From an uncultured Bacteroidales bacterium (GTDB lineage: Bacteria; Bacteroidota; Bacteroidia; Bacteroidales; DTU049), in contig CAYRXH010000001.1 of NCBI GenBank assembly GCA_964428185.1, positions 13,219-77,218 of the forward strand: 64,000 nt of DNA. The letters run 5' to 3'. The position numbers and the translations under genes are program-made. How positions within the stretch are numbered: position 1 is the first letter of the stretch; each line of letters opens with the position of its first letter. The notes under the pieces were generated by a model. The model made no database searches and was not told where the DNA came from. It saw nothing but the letters and a program-made list of their open reading frames with translations. Below, in pieces: positions 56,296 through 64,000 of this stretch.

Positions 56296-58221
56296 ATGGT
56301 TTCTCTCAAAGGAATTTGTGTTGATTTTGGTGCATTCAGACTTCTGGATGATGTTTCCTTTCTTATTAACCGTGATGATAAACTGGGGTTGGTGGGAAGG
56401 AATGGAGCTGGGAAAACCACTTTACTCAGGCTTATGACAAATATTCAGTCACCAAGTGCGGGGCAGATTGAAATGCCAAAAGACCTGAAGATTGGCTATC
56501 TTCCTCAGGAAAAGAAATTTGATGATAAAGCAAGGGTGTTTGATGAAGCCATGCTTGCATTTAAGGAGGAAACAGGTATCAGGGCTGAAATGAACAACAT
56601 TCAGAAAACGCTGGAGAATCCTGATGGCTGTGGTGAAGATCATCTGATGAAGTTGTTTCAGAGGTTGAATGAACTCAATGAACGCTTTGCTTTTCTTGAT
56701 GGTGATGATATTGAAATGCGGGTTGAAAGAGTTTTGTCAGGTCTGGGCTTTGAACGACATGAGTTTCATAATCCTTTGGGAACTTTTAGCGAGGGATGGC
56801 AGATGAGGGTAGAACTTGCAAAAATTCTGCTGAAGCATACAGATATATTATTGCTTGATGAACCTACAAATCATCTTGATATTGAAAGTATTCAGTGGCT
56901 CGAAGATTATCTTATCTCATACAAAGGGGCCATTGTTCTTATTTCACATGATCGGATGTTCCTTGACAAAGTGACAAAAAGAACCATTGAAATCAATTAT
57001 GGAAGGATATATGATTATCCTGTTCCCTATTCAAAGTATGTTGAATTGAGGAATGAACGTATCGAACTTCAGAAGAAGCAGCTTAATGCTAGGCAGAAGG
57101 AAGTTGAACAGATTGAGAAGTTTATCAGAAGATTCAGATACAAAGCGACCAAGGCAAAGCAGGTGCAGTCAAGGATTAAAATGCTTGAGAAAATGGATGA
57201 TGAAGACGTTGATTCAATCAATGTTTCAGAAATCAGTTTTCGTTTTCCCGATTGCAGACCTTCCGGAAAAATTGTGATTGAATGCGAAGGATTGTCCAAA
57301 TCTTATGGTGAGAAACAAGTATTGTCAGACATCAGTTTTATTATTTCTTCAGGTCAGAAAGTAGCATTTGTTGGAAAAAACGGGCATGGGAAAACAACTC
57401 TGAGCCGTATTATCGCTGAAGGATTGGATTACACAGGGGTACTCAAATACGGTCATAATGTGACAATAGGATATTTTCCGCAAAATGCCGGAAAGTTTCT
57501 GAACCCCAGACTAAGCGTGCTTGAAACAGCTGAAACCTTGGCTCATGAAGATTTTCGTAGTAAAGTCCGTTCTGTTCTTGGCAACTTTCTCTTCAGCGGA
57601 GATGACGTGCAGAAAAAAGTATCAGTCCTGTCAGGAGGAGAAAAATCAAGACTTGCGCTGGCAATCCTCATGTGTCGCCCTTCAAATTTTCTGGTACTTG
57701 ATGAGCCTACCAATCATCTTGATATGATTTCAAGAGAAGTGCTGAAATATGCACTATTAAAATACAAGGGCACTTTGATTATTGTTTCTCATGACCGTGA
57801 TTTTCTCGACGGTCTCACTGATACTGTCTATTACTTTAATCATCATGCAATTAAACAGTATCCCGGAACCGTCAGTGATTTTCTTCATCTCAGAAAACTT
57901 GCTGATATGAAGGCTCTTGAAAGTTCAATAGCATCATCAGGAAAAAATCTGAAATCTTTTCAGAAATCTGAAAATAAAAATCTGTGGGAAGAAAAAAAAG
58001 ATGCTGTACGGAAAAGAAGAAAACTCGTAAGCCAGCTTGAAAAACTTGAAAAGGAAATAGATGAATATGAAAAACTCCTAGCTGAGCAGGAAGAGAAAAT
58101 GAACTCAGTTGAATCAACAGAGGATATGACAATATTTGATTATTATCAGAAGATCAGAAAAAGGCTTGACGAACTGATGTATGAATGGGTATTGTTACAT
58201 ACAGAACTGGAAGGATTGTAA
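56296..58221 (+). CDS. ABC-F family ATPase (two ABC domains, no TM domain)
   Basis: Walker A GRNGAGKTT and GKNGHGKTT, signatures FSEGWQMRV and LSGGEKSRL, Walker B LLLDEPTNHLD and LVLDEPTNHLD, and a C-terminal coiled-coil. Confidence 0.85.
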   Translation: MVSLKGICVDFGAFRLLDDVSFLINRDDKLGLVGRNGAGKTTLLRLMTNIQSPSAGQIEMPKDLKIGYLPQEKKFDDKARVFDEAMLAFKEETGIRAEMNNIQKTLENPDGCGEDHLMKLFQRLNELNERFAFLDGDDIEMRVERVLSGLGFERHEFHNPLGTFSEGWQMRVELAKILLKHTDILLLDEPTNHLDIESIQWLEDYLISYKGAIVLISHDRMFLDKVTKRTIEINYGRIYDYPVPYSKYVELRNERIELQKKQLNARQKEVEQIEKFIRRFRYKATKAKQVQSRIKMLEKMDDEDVDSINVSEISFRFPDCRPSGKIVIECEGLSKSYGEKQVLSDISFIISSGQKVAFVGKNGHGKTTLSRIIAEGLDYTGVLKYGHNVTIGYFPQNAGKFLNPRLSVLETAETLAHEDFRSKVRSVLGNFLFSGDDVQKKVSVLSGGEKSRLALAILMCRPSNFLVLDEPTNHLDMISREVLKYALLKYKGTLIIVSHDRDFLDGLTDTVYYFNHHAIKQYPGTVSDFLHLRKLADMKALESSIASSGKNLKSFQKSENKNLWEEKKDAVRKRRKLVSQLEKLEKEIDEYEKLLAEQEEKMNSVESTEDMTIFDYYQKIRKRLDELMYEWVLLHTELEGL

Positions 58222-58876
58222 ATAATTGCTTTTCTTCAGAGCTTGGTTTTTAAACTAATAAAGTCATTCTCAAGTGCAATGATCGAAATTCCGAACCTGA
58301 TGTCATCTGAATTGATTTTCCAGATATTGATTCCTTTTTTCAGCAGTGAACGGAGTAGAATAGTATATATGACCAATCACTTAAGACAGATTCAGGTGTT
58401 ATTGATCTGATGTACCGGTATTGAAATTTATTTTTTAAGTGCTCATTTTAACCTCTGTAGATCAAAATGAGAGTTCTCAGTCATGATGCAGAAAGTCAGG
58501 CACAACTGAAATGATCTAAGAAACAAAAAAAGTTACGTGAGAAAAAAGTTGATTGATATAAACTACTATAATAGTACATTTGACAGAAATAGTGCAGGGG
58601 CTGTGATGTTTAGCATCAATATTATCAGTTCTACCGTGAAACATGGTGTACTTTCCTCAATAACTTTGTCTGATCCTTCACCGCAAATGCTGCTGATTGA
58701 TGTCCACTGAAACTCCTATGTTGTATATTCTGATAAATTTCTGTGCTTTATTGTCAAGTTGTTCTACAATTGAGAGTGAGAGCAGATAATACTGAAGTGC
58801 TTTATCAAAAATTCACAGAGCCTGACAAACATTTCCGATATTAATTCTCTATTGTATGAAAAAAATTAAAAAAAAA

Positions 58877-59025
58877 TTTCAAAACATAATATTTCGAATA
58901 TGAGTATTTTATATTTTACAAATTTGCATTTTCAAAAGTAAGCCCAGCTTGCAAAAGAATCTCAAAAACACACTATATCTTTAGGGCTTTTCAAACTCTT
59001 AATGTTTTTTGTCCTAACAATAGTG
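58877..59025 (+). repeat. 150-bp conserved noncoding element, copy 2
   Basis: Aligns with 28251-28400 over the full length with a few substitutions and two 1-nt indels. Lies inside a 1.4-kb gene-free region. Confidence 0.85.
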
Positions 59026-59241
59026 AAATTAATTGTTACTTCTTTTTGTTTTTATTAGATTTTCAGTATCCTGTGCAATTTTTAGGGCTTCAAAACACAT
59101 ACACATACCAGTTAACCTGCCAAGAGCCTCGTATGCTAAAAACAACCATATCCTCAGCTACAAAGCTTTGGTTTCGCCATCAGAATACTGAAAATTGCGA
59201 CTCAAGTCGGTGTTCCATTCTGAGATTTCAAGTAATATAAA

Positions 59242-59452
59242 CCCAAATCCGTCATTAGACTCATTATTTCTAATGACCGTCATTAGAAAATAACATTTGT
59301 AACATTTTGATTGTCAATAGTTTTGATGCTATATGTCTATTAAAAAATTTTGTTTTTTTGCTGTAAGATTTTCTTACTAGTTATGAAAGCATTACATTTA
59401 GATTCTACCGACAAAGAAATAACTATCAAATAATTCCAATGACGGATTTGGG
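59242..59452. repeat. perfect 15-bp inverted repeats (CCCAAATCCGTCATT / AATGACGGATTTGGG) flanking 181 bp
   Basis: Left arm 59242-59256, right arm 59438-59452. The left end also carries GTCATTAGA / TCTAATGAC / GTCATTAGA sub-repeats. Internal TTTG-18 nt-TAGTTTTG promoter-like motif at 59296-59325. Confidence 0.8.
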
Positions 59453-59662
59453 ATAAATTAAGCTGGGTGTTTAGTAAGGTTGTGGCAGAATATGTAGTTT
59501 TGTAAATATCCTTGTACTCAATTTGATTCAACTGCTTAGCATTAAATGAGGTAAAACCAGAAATAGTATAAGTGAAATCAGAAGATGTCGATAACAGAAT
59601 AAATATATAGAATGGTGTTTTCTTACGAAACAAAATTAATGATTCTTATTCAATCGGTTCAC

Positions 59663-60682
59663 TCAATGTTTTTTAAAACTTTCTGTTTGATTAGCAGCAA
59701 ATAAAGTATCTTTATATTTGGATTCAATTTCATCAAGTACTTCAAATACTTCGGTTTGAGACAGTGCCAACATCAATTTGATTCTATAAGGTTTGAAGTT
59801 TGGAAAGCCTTTAAAATAACCCGCATAATGTTTTCTGATTTCATAAATTGTCCGGGTCATTCCTTTCCATTGTGCAGAAAGCATGAAATGTTGCTTAATG
59901 GTTTTTACCCTTTGTTGAATTGAAATTTCTTTTGGAAAGTGCCCGTTTCGTAAATCTATTATCTGTCTGAAAATAAATGGATTACCAAAAGTTGATCTTC
60001 CAATCATGACTCCGTCAAGTCCGTATTTGATTGGGAACTCTATAGCCTGTTGGGGACTCACAATGTCTCCGTTACCGATGATTGGGATATGCATCTGCTG
60101 ATGATTTTTTACCTCAGCAATAATATTCCAGTTTGCTTCACCGCTGTACATCTGACTTTTGGTTCTGCCATGGATAATCAGTGCAGAAATCCCTGTGTCC
60201 TGAAGTCGTAATGCTGTCTGATGAATTGATATATTGCTAAAGTCCCATCCGATTCTGGTTTTTACGGTCACAGGGATATTGGAAGATCGTACAGCCGTTT
60301 CAGCAAGAGTTGCCATAAGTTTTGGATCCTGAATTAAAGCTGCGCCCGCACCTTTGGAAACGATTTTTTTTACAGGGCAGCCCATATTCAGATCAATGAA
60401 ATCCGGCTGCAGAGGTTCTATCATACCGATGGCTTTCTGCAAATTCTTAGGATTATTTCCAAAGATCTGAATTGATAAGGGACGCTCCTGAGGTAAAAAA
60501 TTGAGTTTGTGGCCAAAATGACCTTCTTTGTTTAAAATACCTTCAACAGAAATGAATTCACTTACCACCCAGTCTGCACCCATGCCTTTACAGATACGAC
60601 GATATGATGAATCAGTCACGTCTTCCATGGGTGCAAGCAGCACAGGAGGATGATCAAAATGAATATTCCCAAAACGGTACAT
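59663..60682 (-). CDS. dusB: tRNA-dihydrouridine synthase
   Basis: LAPMEDVTDSSYRRICK, DLNMGCPVKK, VKTRIGWD and IHGRT motifs, 339 aa. Confidence 0.85.
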   Translation of the reverse strand: MYRFGNIHFDHPPVLLAPMEDVTDSSYRRICKGMGADWVVSEFISVEGILNKEGHFGHKLNFLPQERPLSIQIFGNNPKNLQKAIGMIEPLQPDFIDLNMGCPVKKIVSKGAGAALIQDPKLMATLAETAVRSSNIPVTVKTRIGWDFSNISIHQTALRLQDTGISALIIHGRTKSQMYSGEANWNIIAEVKNHQQMHIPIIGNGDIVSPQQAIEFPIKYGLDGVMIGRSTFGNPFIFRQIIDLRNGHFPKEISIQQRVKTIKQHFMLSAQWKGMTRTIYEIRKHYAGYFKGFPNFKPYRIKLMLALSQTEVFEVLDEIESKYKDTLFAANQTESFKKH

Positions 60683-60731
60683 TTGATGAATTGTTCGTAT
60701 TTTAGCCCTGCAAATTTAATAAAAACAGTTT

Positions 60732-61679
60732 ATGAGTTCAATGTTGAATCAATTCAGGAGTTTCTCACCTTTTCTGAAACTTGTTTTTCTTTTCATGATG
60801 ATTTTTATGGGTATGATCATCATCACGATTGTCGGACTTGCTCTGGCACTGCCATTTTATGGGTACGAAGCCTTTTCAATACTAATGGGAAATCATGATC
60901 TGAAAAATCCGCAACATCTGGCATTTCTACGGTATGTTCAGATTGTCAGTCATTTTGCAATGTTTATAATTCCGGCCTTGCTATATGCTAAGTTGTTTGA
61001 AAGCGGGAGCCTGCAATTTTTTGCACTGAGAAGAAAGCAATCCTGGTTGATTATTCTGATTGGCGGCTTTTCAATGATTGTATTGCTTCCTTTTGTCAAT
61101 TGGCTCGGAGATATCAATGCTGCAATGAAATTGCCTGATAGTATGAAAGAACTGGAAAAATGGATGCTGGAATCTGAAAATACTGCTGAGAAAATGATCA
61201 TGGCATTTGTGTCTGAAACTCAGTGGCATGTTTTACTTGTGAACTTATTTATGGTGGCCATAATACCTGCAATCGGAGAGGAGTTCATTTTCAGGGGAAT
61301 CATCATGCGGAAATTACGCGAGTGGTTCGGAAATATTCATATTGCGGTATTTGTTTCGGCTTTCATTTTCAGTGCTTTCCATGTGCAGTTTTATGGATTT
61401 CTACCAAGAATATTTCTTGGAATGCTGCTTGGATATATGTTTGTTTGGTCGGGATCGCTGTGGCTACCCATGTTTGCGCATTTCTTCAATAATGGTTTTG
61501 CCATCGTAATTGCTTGGATGCATCAGTCGGGATATATTACACAGGATATGGATTCTTTCGGAAATTTCAGTAATGAGCCCGGAATACTTCTGTTGACCAC
61601 TTCAATGGCCTTTACTGTGCTCGCAATTCTATGGTACCTTAACAAAAAGACAAACCCTTATTATTCAAAATACATATGA
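60732..61679 (+). CDS. CPBP-family intramembrane glutamic endopeptidase (CAAX protease-like)
   Basis: Multi-TM protein with EEFIFRG, FSAFH and HFFNN motifs. Confidence 0.8.
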   Translation: MSSMLNQFRSFSPFLKLVFLFMMIFMGMIIITIVGLALALPFYGYEAFSILMGNHDLKNPQHLAFLRYVQIVSHFAMFIIPALLYAKLFESGSLQFFALRRKQSWLIILIGGFSMIVLLPFVNWLGDINAAMKLPDSMKELEKWMLESENTAEKMIMAFVSETQWHVLLVNLFMVAIIPAIGEEFIFRGIIMRKLREWFGNIHIAVFVSAFIFSAFHVQFYGFLPRIFLGMLLGYMFVWSGSLWLPMFAHFFNNGFAIVIAWMHQSGYITQDMDSFGNFSNEPGILLLTTSMAFTVLAILWYLNKKTNPYYSKYI

Positions 61680-62137
61680 TAGAAAATAAAACCTCAGAGC
61701 GATACTCAAGGATATTCCAACAGCTCGAGCCTTTACTTATCAAAAGTCCAGACCATATTGCGGCTATGTCCACATGCTGTGCCCTTCTTCATGCAAAGAT
61801 GGAATACTTTTTCTGGTGCGGTTTTTATTTTGTGAACAAAGAAAAACTTATTGTTGGCCCATACCAAGGACCTCTTGCATGTCAGATATTACCGTATCCC
61901 AATGGAGTGTGCTGGGCTGCAGTGATGCAGAAAGAAACAGTTCTGGTGCCTGATGTACACGCATTTCCCGGTCATATTGCCTGTGATTCACGCTCTCAGA
62001 GTGAAATAGTGGTCCCCTTGTTTGATCAAAACATGAATGTATGGGCTGTACTGGATGTGGACAGTAGTCAGAAGAATTCATTTTCTGAAACCGATGCTCT
62101 CTGGCTTACCAATATTACTCAACTTATCAGGAAATAA
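61676..62137 (+). CDS. GAF-domain protein (free methionine-R-sulfoxide reductase-like)
   Basis: 153 aa with WCGFYF, GPYQGPLACQILPYPNGVCW, VPDVHAFPGHIACDSRSQSEIVVPL and VLDVDS. Confidence 0.75.
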   Translation: MIENKTSERYSRIFQQLEPLLIKSPDHIAAMSTCCALLHAKMEYFFWCGFYFVNKEKLIVGPYQGPLACQILPYPNGVCWAAVMQKETVLVPDVHAFPGHIACDSRSQSEIVVPLFDQNMNVWAVLDVDSSQKNSFSETDALWLTNITQLIRK

Positions 62138-62138
62138 T

Positions 62139-62702
62139 ATGTTATCTGTATTTATTCTCAGTAGTGTGGGTCTTGGTCTTTCAGTTTTTTATCTGATGTA
62201 CAGACAGGTCTATGCAGGAATTGTAAAGAGCCCATCTGTGCTTCTCAGACATATTCTTGTGCTTTCTGTTACATACACTTTGATGTTTGCCTTGGGTTAT
62301 GCACTCTCTGTTGTCATAATTCCTCTTCTGTTTTTTTCGGGTATGATCATCAGTTCTGTCCTTTTCTTTATTCTTGCACTGAAAATGTATTCCGGAATTA
62401 AAAAAGGGAGAAAGCACAATTGGACTTTTGACACTTCAGTATTGAAAGTGCTTTTACTGTTTGCAGCTTCAAATTCCTTTGATGCTTTTTTTGCCGGATT
62501 AGCCATTGGGTTTTTTACAGGACTTCAGTGGTTCTTTTTTGTAATTTTTTCTTCAATAGTGATACTGATGATCCTTCTAGCAAATGTGATGGCACGAAGG
62601 CAAAGTGCAAATCTTTCTGTCTGGATAATTGGCTTATTGGGTGCAATTCTTCTGGGTGCAAATATGATAATAAGTGTTCTCTTCTGGGTATTGGCTAAAT
62701 GA
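62139..62702 (+). CDS. MntP-like putative manganese efflux membrane protein
   Basis: About 187 aa with six hydrophobic segments and an SNSFDAFFAGLAIGF motif. The start was moved to the ATG at 62139, just after the GAF gene stop. Tentative. Confidence 0.4.
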   Translation: MLSVFILSSVGLGLSVFYLMYRQVYAGIVKSPSVLLRHILVLSVTYTLMFALGYALSVVIIPLLFFSGMIISSVLFFILALKMYSGIKKGRKHNWTFDTSVLKVLLLFAASNSFDAFFAGLAIGFFTGLQWFFFVIFSSIVILMILLANVMARRQSANLSVWIIGLLGAILLGANMIISVLFWVLAK

Positions 62703-62804
62703 GACATCTCAGGTCATGCATTGTAAATAAAACAGCTCATTGATGAGTTTTTTCAATGAATCTATTTGGAACCCCTGATGATAGGGGTACTTCAAAAGAA
62801 CTGA

Positions 62805-64000
62805 TTATCTGGCAATCACAAATTTATCATAGAACCTGTATTCTCCGGCAGTCACTGACAGATTGTAAATACCGGCAGGAATTGCAGAGATGTCAACTGT
62901 TTGATTATTCTTTGCTGTGGCAAAAGATGCGATTGTTTTTCCTGATAAATCAGAGATGACAATTATTGCGTCAGAAGCTAAGTTCTCAAGATACAGGAAA
63001 TCCTGAGCAGGATTGGGATAGATAATCACTGGAGTTAAAGAAAATTCATCAGTTGATGTGAGGTCAATACAGAAGTTGACACTTGCAGAATATCCCCAGT
63101 TACCGCTACCGCTTCCATAATTCTGAGATGTTGTTGCATTGTTCACTGCATAAGATCCATCTGTTGTATATCCGTCTTGCCCGTCACCCCATGAATCATT
63201 GATTGTAAATGTATAACAACCATGTCCGAGACAAACTTCTTCATTGTAAGATTGGGGATCCCAGTCTGAATAGGGGCCGCCAGAATATAATACAACTCCG
63301 CTTGTGTCATCCTTTATTTCCCAGGTTGTTTCACTTCCAAAATCATCTGTATTAATAGTAACTATAATCATTTGAGCATAGGCATATACCTCAAATGAAC
63401 TTTGCTTCGAGTCATTTGTAGGATTTTCATCGCTGCCACCATTGGGATTTGAAGTAAATGAAGTAAAAGTGTGATTCCCGGACAATAGAGTTATTGTAGG
63501 GAAGTTCACTGTAGCTTGCTCATTTGGAGCAAGATTTCCTGTCCAGGGAATTGTAACAGTAGCCTGAGAATCAATCTGATAATTGATATCAACACTGAGA
63601 AGGTTGACAGTTCCTTTGTTTGCAAAAGTAATTGAAGGAGTGATTGTGTCTGGGTTACAGTATATCTCCTGAAATGTATTGTGGCTCATCACTGCAGCAT
63701 CTCCTGCAGTAACATGGAAAGTTTTAACAATGGTATCGCCAGGATGATACTCATCATCCACACCGTTTGGCATGGACACAAAAGCTGTAAAAGTATGAGT
63801 TCCGGCGGGGAGTGTGATCTGTGGAAATGTGACCTGCTGGGTCTGATACTGAGCCAGATTCCCGTTCCATGCTTGGGTGACAGGTGTGCCGCTGTCAATA
63901 AAATATCCGGTTTGCGCAGAAGTGAGGTTGGCAGTTCCGAGGTTTCTTATCGTGAAACTTGGCATTACATCTGCATCCATGATACTAGTATAGGTTGCAG
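62805..64000 (-). CDS. large secreted protein with a T9SS C-terminal sorting domain (5' end beyond the window)
   Basis: The frame stays open to the window edge. Repeated about 100-aa beta-rich modules (NLGT...WNGNL/WTGNL...TFT) and a C-terminal VIIYPNPAQDFLYLENL...GIYNLSV tail. Confidence 0.7.
   Translation of the reverse strand, partial: ATYTSIMDADVMPSFTIRNLGTANLTSAQTGYFIDSGTPVTQAWNGNLAQYQTQQVTFPQITLPAGTHTFTAFVSMPNGVDDEYHPGDTIVKTFHVTAGDAAVMSHNTFQEIYCNPDTITPSITFANKGTVNLLSVDINYQIDSQATVTIPWTGNLAPNEQATVNFPTITLLSGNHTFTSFTSNPNGGSDENPTNDSKQSSFEVYAYAQMIIVTINTDDFGSETTWEIKDDTSGVVLYSGGPYSDWDPQSYNEEVCLGHGCYTFTINDSWGDGQDGYTTDGSYAVNNATTSQNYGSGSGNWGYSASVNFCIDLTSTDEFSLTPVIIYPNPAQDFLYLENLASDAIIVISDLSGKTIASFATAKNNQTVDISAIPAGIYNLSVTAGEYRFYDKFVIAR

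Noticed and set aside
59340-59633. 97-aa minus-strand ORF in the gene desert.
   Set aside because: It has a TTG start, a low-complexity Ser/Thr/Ile-rich translation and no motif, and it runs across the right inverted repeat. It is treated as noncoding.

Overview
This window looks like a chromosomal segment from a Bacteroidota-type genome. Three things support that placement: many genes are preceded by the TAnnTTTG -7 promoter box, three proteins end in T9SS C-terminal sorting domains, and lpxC/fabZ/lpxD are clustered. Most of the window is housekeeping. It holds lipid A genes (lpxH, lpxC, fabZ, lpxD), a Na+-pumping methylmalonyl-CoA decarboxylase operon with its epimerase, and pgi. It also holds a two-component system, a TPP-riboswitch-controlled TonB-dependent receptor, nusB/yajC, korAB plus a ferredoxin, and an AddA-like helicase-nuclease. 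The rest includes purC, a split saccharopine-pathway pair, an ABC-F ATPase, dusB and one tRNA-Arg.

The clear accessory region is 17.8-24.2 kb. It is an A/T-rich islet bracketed by 92-bp direct repeats and contains three N-terminally truncated Rhs-core/toxin modules. Each module is followed by tightly coupled candidate immunity genes, and no full-length rhs gene, integrase or secretion gene is in view.

Other points worth a second look:
- an ars locus in decay: ACR3 carries three in-frame stops (TAA, TGA, TAG) and arsR is frameshifted
- a stand-alone MurD-like ligase overlapping a PP-loop-like protein, a candidate MurD2/MurL pair
- lpxC and fabZ as two ORFs with an ATGA overlap instead of the usual fusion
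- four phased TGTTAA repeats upstream of the two-component operon
- a 150-bp noncoding element present twice, 30 kb apart
- a 1.4-kb gene desert holding a 15-bp inverted-repeat pair around a promoter-like motif
- a tRNA-Arg with an apparent A19/U56 covariation

All family assignments come from motifs read by eye. No database search was run.
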